Shown here: positions 44,369-53,308 of the stretch, piece after piece
Position numbering within the stretch: the first letter of the stretch is position 1
Layout: each line of letters opens with the position of its first letter
Source: Pseudomonadota bacterium
Lineage (GTDB): Bacteria; Pseudomonadota; Alphaproteobacteria; Rs-D84
Direction: 5' to 3'
Assembly (NCBI GenBank): GCA_023402015.1
Contig: JAEXCU010000011.1
Location: 5,275-69,274, forward strand
Length of the DNA: 64,000 bases
Notes under the pieces: generated by a model
Told to the model about the DNA's origin: nothing
Database searches by the model: none
The model's input: only the letters and a program-made list of their open reading frames with translations
Position numbers and translations under genes: made by a program

Positions 44369-46348
44369 ATGACAGAAAAAAATACACACACTTATGATGC
44401 ATCAGATATCCAGGTTCTGGAAGGGTTGGAACCCGTCCGTCTGCGTCCGGGTATGTACATCGGCGGCACCGATGAAAAGGCCTGGCACCATTTGCCCGTG
44501 GAAATCATGGACAACGCGATTGACGAAGCGGTTGCCGGATTCGCCAAGAAAATCACCGTAAACCTGATTGATTCTAAAACAATTGAAATTACCGATGACG
44601 GTCGCGGTATTCCGGTGGACGAACATCCAAAATATCCGGGTAAATCCGCACTGGAAGTTATTTTGACCACCCTGCATTCGGGCGGCAAATTCAATAATAA
44701 TGTATATAAAACCAGTGGCGGCCTGCACGGCGTGGGCAGTGCGGTGGTAAATGCCCTGTCATCTGAAATGATTGTTGATATTTCCCGCGATGGGTATGAA
44801 TGGCGGCAAACTTTTTCACGCGGTCTGCCAACATCCACGATGACACGCGGCAAAGAAACCAAGAACCACGGCACAAAAATCCGATTTACCCTGGACGACG
44901 ACATATTCGGCGCATCGGCAGTTTTTAAACCAATTAAAATTTATCGCATGGCGCGCGCCAAGGCATTCTTGTCGCGTGGGGTTAAAATTGATTGGCAATG
45001 CAATCCCGAACTGTTGACCGAGGATATGGAAATCCCGGTTCAAAAAACATTTTATTACCCCAACGGCGTGGCCGATTTTCTGGAAGAAAAAACAAACGCC
45101 AAGCCGCGCATTTTGCCCCGCATATTCAGTGGTAGCGTGGATTTCCCAGATGATTCGGGACGCGTGGAATGGGCATTGACGTTTTTAACCGATGAAAATG
45201 GCGCCGCATCCGATGACGGATTCTTTGCATCATACTGCAACACCATTGCAACAATTGACGGCGGAACGCATGAAACCGGGTTTAAATCTGCAATAACCAA
45301 GGGTATCAAGGCATACGGCGAAAAGGTTAATAACAAGGCCGCATCCACAATAATCGGCGACGACGTATTTGATTCTGTGGCGGCAATTGTATCTGTATTT
45401 TACAAAACACCGCAATTCTTGGGTCAGACCAAGGAAAAACTGTCTAACCCGGAAATTGCACGTTATACCGAAAATGCTTTGCGCGATCCGTGGGATATTT
45501 TCCTGGCATCTGATCCGAAAACTGCAAACGCGGTGTTGGATTTTGTAATTAATTTGGCAAATGCGCGTATTAAAACCAAACAGGTCAAAGAAATCGCGCG
45601 TAAAACACCAACAAAACGCGCACGCATGCCGGCAAAACTGGCCGACTGTTCCAAACACGGTATCGCCGGCACGGAATTATTCCTGGTTGAGGGCGAATCG
45701 GCCGGTGGAACCGCAAAACAGGCGCGCGATCGCGCGACCCAGGCAATTATGCCCCTGCGCGGGAAAGTATTAAACGTAATTTCAAATTCTGACGAACGAT
45801 TTGGCGCGAACAAAGAATTGAATGAATTAATTGACATTATCGGTGCCGGCACGGCCAAGGATTGGGACGACAGCAAATTGCGGTATGAAAAAATTATTGT
45901 CATGACCGATGCCGACGTTGACGGCAGTCATATTGCATCACTGTTAATGGCGTTCTTTTACCACCACATGCCCCAATTGATTTATGGTGGCCATTTATAT
46001 TTGTCTTGCCCGCCATTGTATAAACTGACCTGTGGTACCGAATCGCGTTATGTTGACACAGACGAAGAATTGGAAGAATTGCAGAACGGCAAATACAAAA
46101 ATAAAAAAGTGGAAATTTCCCGGTTTAAAGGTTTGGGTGAAATGATGCCGAACCAGTTAAAGGAAACAACCATGTCGCCAAAAACCCGTCGTCTGATTCG
46201 TGTTGAATTGCCGCCACGCACCGACGAAGGCGCCGAAGACACGGAAAAGACACGCACAATTGTTTCCGAACTGATGGGCAAGAAACCCGAATTCCGATTC
46301 CGTTTTATCACCGAACATGCCCAATTTGTCAAAGACCTGTTTGTGTAA
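44369..46348 (+). CDS. parE: Type IIA topoisomerase B subunit, most likely topoisomerase IV ParE
   Basis: 659 aa with a GHKL ATPase N-terminus, EGESAGG, PLRGKVLNV and IMTDADVDGSHI. The length favours ParE over GyrB. Confidence 0.8.
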   Translation: MTEKNTHTYDASDIQVLEGLEPVRLRPGMYIGGTDEKAWHHLPVEIMDNAIDEAVAGFAKKITVNLIDSKTIEITDDGRGIPVDEHPKYPGKSALEVILTTLHSGGKFNNNVYKTSGGLHGVGSAVVNALSSEMIVDISRDGYEWRQTFSRGLPTSTMTRGKETKNHGTKIRFTLDDDIFGASAVFKPIKIYRMARAKAFLSRGVKIDWQCNPELLTEDMEIPVQKTFYYPNGVADFLEEKTNAKPRILPRIFSGSVDFPDDSGRVEWALTFLTDENGAASDDGFFASYCNTIATIDGGTHETGFKSAITKGIKAYGEKVNNKAASTIIGDDVFDSVAAIVSVFYKTPQFLGQTKEKLSNPEIARYTENALRDPWDIFLASDPKTANAVLDFVINLANARIKTKQVKEIARKTPTKRARMPAKLADCSKHGIAGTELFLVEGESAGGTAKQARDRATQAIMPLRGKVLNVISNSDERFGANKELNELIDIIGAGTAKDWDDSKLRYEKIIVMTDADVDGSHIASLLMAFFYHHMPQLIYGGHLYLSCPPLYKLTCGTESRYVDTDEELEELQNGKYKNKKVEISRFKGLGEMMPNQLKETTMSPKTRRLIRVELPPRTDEGAEDTEKTRTIVSELMGKKPEFRFRFITEHAQFVKDLFV

Positions 46349-46349
46349 T

Positions 46350-46634
46350 ATGAAAACATTGCACCTGGTTTTAAAGGGTATTTGGTACGATAAAATCGCC
46401 GGTGGCGAAAAAACATGCGAATATCGTGAATGCAAAGATTATTGGAATGCACGTTTTATACGCGCAGATGATGCGGCACCCTGCCCTTATAAAATTGTAC
46501 GTTTCCGTCGCGGATATGGCGCAAATGCCCCAACAATGGAATTTGAAATATTAGATATCTTCATTTGCGAAACACCCAATGATTTGGGACTGCCCCGTTG
46601 CTGGGCAATAAAAATGGGAAAACGTTTAAAATGA
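46350..46634 (+). CDS. ASCH-domain protein
   Basis: 94 aa from MKTLHLVLKGIWYDKIAGGEKTCEYRE (ASCH-like beta-barrel signature). Confidence 0.55.
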   Translation: MKTLHLVLKGIWYDKIAGGEKTCEYRECKDYWNARFIRADDAAPCPYKIVRFRRGYGANAPTMEFEILDIFICETPNDLGLPRCWAIKMGKRLK

Positions 46635-46873
46635 ACGAGAAAATAAATCCCCAACTTCTGCATACAACAAATGGCGGCGCAATACGCGTAAAACGCAACC
46701 TGGGCCTGGCGCCGGATACTGATGTCGTAAAATGGTGCCAGAATGTATTGCGCGACAATACAAATTTCACAATTTCCCGGCGCGGGAAAAATTTTTATGT
46801 ACATGACGAAAATTACATAATCACAATTAATGCGCACAGCAATACAATTATTACGGCACATAAAATAAATTAA
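46631..46873 (+). CDS. DUF3781-like small protein
   Basis: 80 aa with an ATGA overlap with the upstream gene. VVKWCQNVL...RRGKNFYVH...ITINAHSNTIITAHKI matches my memory of that family. Confidence 0.5.
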   Translation: MNEKINPQLLHTTNGGAIRVKRNLGLAPDTDVVKWCQNVLRDNTNFTISRRGKNFYVHDENYIITINAHSNTIITAHKIN

Positions 46874-46892
46874 GCCCCCCCCTATCCAATAC

Positions 46893-46920
46893 TTGACAAT
46901 TATTTATTTTGTATTATATT
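46893..46920 (+). promoter_or_regulatory. Candidate sigma70-type promoter
   Basis: TTGACA-16 nt-TATATT upstream of the 46955 ORF. Confidence 0.45.
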
Positions 46921-46954
46921 TTGATTATGATTAAAACAACCCAAGGGGAACCAA

Positions 46955-47476
46955 ATGTCGTTTTTAAGTGATAACCAAGGAATCAATCAGCCAAAACCTG
47001 CAAATACCGCTGTTATCAAAACCGCACGCAATTTAAAGGCAACACATAAAAAGAAAAATACAATGGTGATTAAATATTCACCATTTTGCGATGCAACATT
47101 ATTTGGTGGCCGTCGGAACATACCTTTGGCCGTCGTTAAAAGAAACGGTGTTCCCGTTCAGAACGAATCTGATTTTATGACTTTAACAGAATTTCCCAAC
47201 CCATGCGCATATAATATGGCGGTTGAATATAAAGTATTGTCGCCGGTTATGGGTGAATTGGCACGAACAATTACAGAATACCTGGACAAAGAAACCGGTC
47301 AACCGGTATTAATGTTGTTCCCGACAACCGATGTATATGTATATGACGGATTTGAAAATAATTATATGGAACGCCTGAATCATGCATCACGCCGTGATTT
47401 TTATTACCAGGTTAACAGACTCAGCCAATTAATTGACACAGCCATAAGAAACGAAATGCAAAAGAAAAGAAATTAA
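46955..47476 (+). CDS. Hypothetical protein
   Basis: 173-aa ORF with RBS-like GGGGAACCAA and a terminator downstream. No recognisable motif. Confidence 0.5.
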   Translation: MSFLSDNQGINQPKPANTAVIKTARNLKATHKKKNTMVIKYSPFCDATLFGGRRNIPLAVVKRNGVPVQNESDFMTLTEFPNPCAYNMAVEYKVLSPVMGELARTITEYLDKETGQPVLMLFPTTDVYVYDGFENNYMERLNHASRRDFYYQVNRLSQLIDTAIRNEMQKKRN

Positions 47477-47493
47477 TATCAATTAAAACATAA

Positions 47494-47514
47494 AAACACC
47501 GCATCGCGGTGTTT
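47494..47514. terminator. Bidirectional terminator
   Basis: AAACACCGC-ATC-GCGGTGTTT with A and T flanks. Confidence 0.7.
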
Positions 47515-47536
47515 TTATTATTTCACTTTCTTATTA

Positions 47537-47806
47537 TTAATGAATACCCACGCGGAACTGGTCGCCCCAACCGGCAACAACCTGGCCGCCAACGGTGCAT
47601 TGGATATCTTCGAAGCCATTTGCAACCTGGTTCTTTTTTATTACATTACTGGTGATTAAACCGCCCGCAGTTCCCAATACAACACCTGCAACTGAATCGG
47701 ATAATAAACGCGTACTGTTGAATTTACCTTCCTCGGTCTTCCATACCGTGCGTTCAAAATCTGATTTCTGCGTGTTTATTTTCTTTATTGTTTCTTTTAT
47801 GCGATT
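47537..47806. repeat. Left arm of the about 270-bp inverted repeat (3' ends of G1 and G2)
   Basis: The reverse complement matches 50258-50525 at roughly 90% by eye, and most differences are synonymous. Confidence 0.85.
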
Positions 47807-49018
47807 ACGCGAATTCGTTAACAATAACTGGCTGTTGGCAGATTCGCGTTTTTCACGTGCCGCAGACGATTCTATACACGCCGTTCCCGCCGAATTCATT
47901 TCTTTGTCAGGGTCCGTACAATAACATGTTTTGGTCGCATTATTCCATGCCGCACCGTATATCTGGGTGCATGCCGCAATTGCTGGATTAATTTGGCAGA
48001 TTTTATTTAACCAAACATGCTGGGGGTTGGTGCACAGGCAACTTTTGGTCGTTGCATCCCAATACGCACCAGAATTACGACTGGCCGTTTCTTCGCAATC
48101 GCGTTGTAATGCCGCAGCATCCGTTATTTCGCAATGGTCGCCAACGCGTTTGTAATTTACATCATCCGGGCATTGGCAAATATCATTACGCGATACCAGG
48201 TTTTTGGCCGCATCACATTCGCATTTATTGTTTTTCCATGTACCCCCTGATTGTTGACATGCCAATTGACGCTGTTGATTCTGTTTTTGTTGACGCCGGC
48301 GGTCTTCGTCGTCAATAACAGACTGTTTTTTATTGCAACGTTTTGCGCCACTGTCGTATTCATAATCACCGCTGATGCATTCACAAGATTTTCCATCCGC
48401 TTTCGGTTTTAAATGTTTAGCACTGCTGCATACGCAAGAAGAACCATTCCATGTCCCACCAGACGATTCACATTGGCTTTGGCGATTATCCTCAATACAT
48501 TCAGAACTATTCTTTTTATCTTCTGCATTTGGCATATATCCATCATTACATTTTATATACACACACGCTGTATTTCCGGCCTTTAATACCGTATCATCAC
48601 CAGAAACATATCCGATTGTTTTGTTTCCATTATCCAAACTGTATGATTTATAGGAATGGGGAAATGTTGCATCCGGATCTCCTATTTGAATATCACTGTC
48701 AGGACAAAAAATCGGTGGATTAAAATCTTTCCAATAATCATTTTTCCATGTTTCTATACACTGTTTAAGATTTGTGATTCTGCCTTGGGGATCAACCTGT
48801 CCGATAACAGCGCCGCCACCACACTGTTTATCACCAGCATAAGAATCATTACAATAATAACATTGCGAACCATAACCATTCGCGCTGGCATTCACAGAAT
48901 CAGAACCACCGCAACTGAACAATTGACAATTAGCAGCGGCATTTGCCCCAGACATAAATCCAAAAAATCCGCAAAACAATGCTGAAATTACTAAATATTT
49001 TTTCATATTCTTCTCCAT
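47537..49018 (-). CDS. Cys-rich surface protein G1 with repeated C..SGGTW...C.C units and a C-terminal Gly-zipper hydrophobic segment
   Basis: 493 aa with signal MKKYLVISALFCGFFGFMSGANA (ATG 49006 is the likelier start, with GGAG 6 nt upstream). About 40 Cys. The C-terminal 89 aa are nearly identical to G2. Confidence 0.78.
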   Translation of the reverse strand: MEKNMKKYLVISALFCGFFGFMSGANAAANCQLFSCGGSDSVNASANGYGSQCYYCNDSYAGDKQCGGGAVIGQVDPQGRITNLKQCIETWKNDYWKDFNPPIFCPDSDIQIGDPDATFPHSYKSYSLDNGNKTIGYVSGDDTVLKAGNTACVYIKCNDGYMPNAEDKKNSSECIEDNRQSQCESSGGTWNGSSCVCSSAKHLKPKADGKSCECISGDYEYDSGAKRCNKKQSVIDDEDRRRQQKQNQQRQLACQQSGGTWKNNKCECDAAKNLVSRNDICQCPDDVNYKRVGDHCEITDAAALQRDCEETASRNSGAYWDATTKSCLCTNPQHVWLNKICQINPAIAACTQIYGAAWNNATKTCYCTDPDKEMNSAGTACIESSAAREKRESANSQLLLTNSRNRIKETIKKINTQKSDFERTVWKTEEGKFNSTRLLSDSVAGVVLGTAGGLITSNVIKKNQVANGFEDIQCTVGGQVVAGWGDQFRVGIH

Positions 49019-49169
49019 CCCCTGCCTAATGCAAACGTCGGTTTATTTTTGGTGTTTTACACCTAATTATTATAAACATTTTATCATATTTTCTGCGCCT
49101 TTCCAACAATGAATTTTGGCCTAATCCAATGGGACGTTTGTCTTATGCATATCACCAAGGGGTAGGAAT

Positions 49170-50525
49170 ATGAGATTTAAGCCAATTTTTAATATAATCT
49201 GTTTGTCTGTTATGACGTTCACGCCAATCCTGGGCCATGGTGGTACCAACGATGATATAACCAATGCCTGTTATGCCACAAACCATTGTGGCGCGCGCAG
49301 CAACCTAAAAACGTTGGCTGCGGTTCTGGGCGCAACCCAGGGCGCAAAAATTGGATTTTTTACCCCCATATCCGGCGGAACAATTATGGGGGGATACGCA
49401 GGATATGTTATCGGGGATAATTTGGGCGGCAAATTATCCACAGCATATTCGGCCAATGAATACATATATTTTGACGATAAAACATGTCTGGAATGCGACA
49501 CATATCAAATGGGCGAACATTACGAATGCCCCAACGGAACAATTGTTTCAAATGGCAGTCATGTATTAAAATGCCATACAACATCCGGTGGCGATTACTG
49601 GCAAGAATATACATTGTCCCCATGTTCAAACAGTCCGATTAAAAGCAAAGATACCACAGGCACATATGCAGAAATCCGTGCAACGGTGAATAAACCAGTT
49701 GCCAGCGGTGTTAATGTATACAGCGGGGACGCATGCCTGTATATAACAAAGTCCAAGTCCACCTCAAACGACAACAATCCTAAAAAAGAAACACCTGTGA
49801 AACAAAATTCAACCACCAGTTTGCAAAAATGTCTGGACCAGCGCACAACTGACGAAGGCCGGGCGTGCTGTTATGTACCAAATTCGGTCGCAACCTGGAA
49901 TGGAAACAAATGCGTTTGTACCGATAATACCCAGGTTTTTGACATTACTACCCACAGTTGTATAACCGCGTCTGCGGACATCACGGTAATTGTGCAAACG
50001 TCTGCATATGTGTGCAGTGTAAATGATTTAACACAATTGTATATGTGGCGGGATGAATATTTAAATAACAATGCAATTGTTAATCTGATTGATAAAATCC
50101 TGTTATTTTGCACCACGGGCGAAAACCGTACAGGCACAGATTACAATAATATGATTGCGCAACTGCGTGCGTTAATTTCCCAGGAAAACGCAATAGCGCA
50201 AAAACTGCAAGAATCTGCGGCGCAATCACGCATAGTCCTGCAAAATAAATCCGCCATGCGAATCAGTGAAACAATAAAGAAAATAAACACGCAGAAATCA
50301 GATTTTGAACGCACGGTATGGAAGACCGAAGATGGCAAGTTCAATAGTACACGTTTGCTGTCCGATTCTGTTGCGGGTGTTGTATTGGGAACTGCGGGCG
50401 GTTTAATCACCAGTAATGTAATAAAAAAGAACCAGGTTGCGAATGGCTTTGAAGATATCCAATGCACCGTTGGTGGCCAGGTTGTTGCCGGTTGGGGCGA
50501 TCAGTTCCGCGTGGGAATAAATTAA
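49170..50525 (+). CDS. Cys-rich surface protein G2, divergent paralog of G1
   Basis: 451 aa with signal-like MRFKPIFNIICLSVMTFTPILG and a Gly-rich segment. C-terminal RISETIKKINTQKSDFERTVWKTEDGKFNSTRLLSDSVAGVVLGTAGGLITSNVIKKNQVANGFEDIQCTVGGQVVAGWGDQFRVGIN. Confidence 0.78.
   Translation: MRFKPIFNIICLSVMTFTPILGHGGTNDDITNACYATNHCGARSNLKTLAAVLGATQGAKIGFFTPISGGTIMGGYAGYVIGDNLGGKLSTAYSANEYIYFDDKTCLECDTYQMGEHYECPNGTIVSNGSHVLKCHTTSGGDYWQEYTLSPCSNSPIKSKDTTGTYAEIRATVNKPVASGVNVYSGDACLYITKSKSTSNDNNPKKETPVKQNSTTSLQKCLDQRTTDEGRACCYVPNSVATWNGNKCVCTDNTQVFDITTHSCITASADITVIVQTSAYVCSVNDLTQLYMWRDEYLNNNAIVNLIDKILLFCTTGENRTGTDYNNMIAQLRALISQENAIAQKLQESAAQSRIVLQNKSAMRISETIKKINTQKSDFERTVWKTEDGKFNSTRLLSDSVAGVVLGTAGGLITSNVIKKNQVANGFEDIQCTVGGQVVAGWGDQFRVGIN
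50258..50525. repeat. Right arm of the inverted repeat
   Basis: See 47537-47806. Confidence 0.85.
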
Positions 50526-50546
50526 TACATGAATTAACAAAAAAAT

Positions 50547-50568
50547 AAACCGCCAATTTGGGCGGTTT
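50547..50568. terminator. Bidirectional terminator between G2 and dnaA
   Basis: AAACCGCC-AATTT-GGGCGGTTT. Confidence 0.7.
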
Positions 50569-50586
50569 ATTATTAAACTGAATTCT

Positions 50587-51876
50587 TTATTTGCATTCGG
50601 CTATTAACTGACTGATTTGCGCGGACAATACCAAATCTGATTTCTTTAATTTTTCAATTTGCGCAATTGCATAAACAACCGTTGCATGATCACGACCACC
50701 AACCAGGCATCCGATTTCTGACAAAGACATATTTGTCGCACCTTTTAACACCGCCATCATTGTCTGACGCGCCAAAACCAAAGCGCGACTGCGACCACGG
50801 CCACATACTGCATCATATGAAACACCCAATTTTTCACACATCGTGCGAACCATTGCAATTGGCGTTTTGGATTTTTGCAATGTATCGGCCAACAAATGCT
50901 GTGCAACGGCCATATCAACAGATGTTCCCATTAATTCGCAATATGTTTTGATTTTCATCGCAACGCCTGCAACCAAATGACCATCACCCGCAATACGTGA
51001 TGCCAATTCATCTGCAACGTTTGTTGCAACACCCGCACGCATCAGCATAACACGTTTTACGTTTGTGGTTGGTGCCGCAACATCTGCAACCAAACCAGAT
51101 GCCAGTAATGATTGCATACGACGATCAAAACCCGTCAGATTGTTCGGTGCCGCATTCGCCGTCAGGACAACGTTCTTGCCCGCCGCGCGTAAATCCACAA
51201 CCAATTGCAAGAATTCTTCGCATGTTGCGCGTTTGCCGGCCAGTGTTTGAACATCGTCTAAAATAAATGTATCGCAATTACGGCAGTAATCTTTGAATGC
51301 AAATACTGTGCGATCATGTAAACTGCGTGTGAATTCAGATACAAATTGACCGCCATTCATCATAATTGTGCGACCGGTGGTGGCATTATTAATGCAACGT
51401 GCCAGCAATGATTTACCGCAACCCGCCGCGCCGTAAATAAACAGCGGTGAAAACGAAACCGCCCCCGCCGCCAATTTTTTACATGCAGATAATACAAATG
51501 TGTTTTCATCGCATGAAATAAAAGAATCAAATGCATCCGCAACACAAACCGTTTCTGTGGTGGTTGTCGCCGGTGCATAAACCTGGACATTATTGTCGTT
51601 TGCAATTGGTCCATCCACCGTTTTCACCGCACCGCGCGCACATATGTTCCATGTTAAGCCAAACTGGGCCGCAACGGCGTTTAATACATTTGCATGAACA
51701 CTGCCAATAAAGTCGGCCGAGAATTGATTTTGTGCCGTCAGTTTTAATACGCCATCAGAAATATCAAACTGCAACGGCGCAATCCAGGAAGTAAAACTTG
51801 CAGAATCCATTTTTGCGGCAATGGCCCCCTTGATTTGTTCCAAGTTAGTCATTTGTTTTGTTGCCGCTGCCTGCAT
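50587..51876 (-). CDS. dnaA: Chromosomal replication initiator DnaA
   Basis: 429 aa with Walker A GAAGCGKS, DDVQ (Walker B) and C-terminal HTH ...GGRDHATVVYA. Confidence 0.92.
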   Translation of the reverse strand: MQAAATKQMTNLEQIKGAIAAKMDSASFTSWIAPLQFDISDGVLKLTAQNQFSADFIGSVHANVLNAVAAQFGLTWNICARGAVKTVDGPIANDNNVQVYAPATTTTETVCVADAFDSFISCDENTFVLSACKKLAAGAVSFSPLFIYGAAGCGKSLLARCINNATTGRTIMMNGGQFVSEFTRSLHDRTVFAFKDYCRNCDTFILDDVQTLAGKRATCEEFLQLVVDLRAAGKNVVLTANAAPNNLTGFDRRMQSLLASGLVADVAAPTTNVKRVMLMRAGVATNVADELASRIAGDGHLVAGVAMKIKTYCELMGTSVDMAVAQHLLADTLQKSKTPIAMVRTMCEKLGVSYDAVCGRGRSRALVLARQTMMAVLKGATNMSLSEIGCLVGGRDHATVVYAIAQIEKLKKSDLVLSAQISQLIAECK

Positions 51877-52194
51877 GCTGTTTCTCCTTTCCTTCCCTAA
51901 AAGAGTTCCGCCTGCGCAAGAGTATAAAAATCACCTGCACATAAACGCTAAATTTTACTTCATCCGATAAGATGTCATAAAAATTAAGTGTTTATGTAAA
52001 GCCCTACTTTTAATCTCTCTCGCGTTGGTGATTGAGGTTTCTCAATCGTTTTGGATACGTCAGTTAAGTTATAAGATTTATTTCTATTTGCAACTTATTG
52101 TTAAACGATTTTTGAACATTTATTTTTTGACAACGATTCGTTTTTTTGCCCGTTTTCCGCGGTTTGTATATACATTGTATTGACATGAAAACAT

Positions 52195-53223
52195 TCATAC
52201 ACGAACGTATCCACCGTCTGTTTTTCTTACCAAACCCTGCAATTCCAATATCACTAAATCACGTTTAATTTCCGAAATACTTTTTTTGACAACGTCTGCC
52301 AATACAGATTCGGACACCGCAACACTGCCTAATTTATCCAACAAGGAATTTTCGCTGTCATTTTTTTTGTCAGAATTTTTTTGTTGTGGGGATTTTTCAT
52401 TGTTATCAAAAAAATCCCGTGGCCCCATACACAATTTTGCCGCCCCTGATTGTATCAGGGAATTCGGTCCCATGCCCCGGGAATCGGCCGGATGCGATGG
52501 AATTGCATAAATTTGGCGTCCATATTGGGCAGCGAATCGGGCGGTTGCCATACTGCCGGAATTTAAATCAGCCTCGCCCAGAATTAATTTTTCCCCGATT
52601 CCTGCGACCCAGCGGTTGCGTTGAACAAAATTTGTTGATTTTGGGACAAATCCAACGGGCATTTCACTGATAATTACACCACGCGCGACAATATCCCAAT
52701 ATAACGATTCGTTTTCTAATGGCCATATATAATCCACCCCGCCCGCGACAACGGCAATCGTCTGCGCGTCCCCGGCCGCACGCAATGCACCGCGATGTGC
52801 CGCGGTATCTGTTCCCATGGCCATCCCAGATACAACGGCGTGGCCATTTTCTGCAAACACCCGGGCCAGCGTGGCAACAAACTCCATTCCGGCGGCCGTT
52901 GCATGGCGGGTGCCAACAATCGCAACAGCCGCCCGCGTCAGGGTATGCACATTTCCGCGCGCCGTTATAACGGGGGGATGATTTTTTATTTCGCGCAAAT
53001 TGGCTGGATAAAATTCATCTGTATCACATATATAATATATATGTAATTTGTCTGCGCATTCCATTTCACGCATTACTGCATCGCGAATCGTCGTATCACG
53101 GCCCAGTGTATCTGCCGCCGCATCCACAGAGCCAAATTTCGCAACCAATTCGTTATATTTTGCCGGTCCAATACCGGGCGTACGCAAAATCAATAACTTG
53201 TTAAACAAATCTGACATGCACAT
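52195..53223 (-). CDS. dprA: DNA-processing protein DprA (Smf)
   Basis: VAIVGTRHATAAG, SGMAMGTDTAAHRGAL and FVQRNRWVAG motifs. C-terminal winged-helix-like tail. Confidence 0.88.
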   Translation of the reverse strand: MCMSDLFNKLLILRTPGIGPAKYNELVAKFGSVDAAADTLGRDTTIRDAVMREMECADKLHIYYICDTDEFYPANLREIKNHPPVITARGNVHTLTRAAVAIVGTRHATAAGMEFVATLARVFAENGHAVVSGMAMGTDTAAHRGALRAAGDAQTIAVVAGGVDYIWPLENESLYWDIVARGVIISEMPVGFVPKSTNFVQRNRWVAGIGEKLILGEADLNSGSMATARFAAQYGRQIYAIPSHPADSRGMGPNSLIQSGAAKLCMGPRDFFDNNEKSPQQKNSDKKNDSENSLLDKLGSVAVSESVLADVVKKSISEIKRDLVILELQGLVRKTDGGYVRV

Positions 53224-53284
53224 ACTATAAAGAATATATTACCAATAACGAAAGCAAATTATTTACCAACGGCCCAATAAAAAA

Positions 53285-53301
53285 AACGCCCAATGGGCGT
53301 T
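53285..53301. terminator. Terminator hairpin
   Basis: AAAAAACGCCC-AAT-GGGCGTTTTATTTTTT. Confidence 0.65.
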
Positions 53302-53308
53302 TTATTTT

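Noticed and set aside
51877-52194. oriC / DnaA-box cluster upstream of dnaA.
   Set aside because: Only weak partial matches to TTATCCACA are seen (e.g. TTTGGATAC, TTATCGGAT), with no convincing cluster or AT-rich unwinding repeats. dnaN is also not adjacent, so the origin cannot be placed here.
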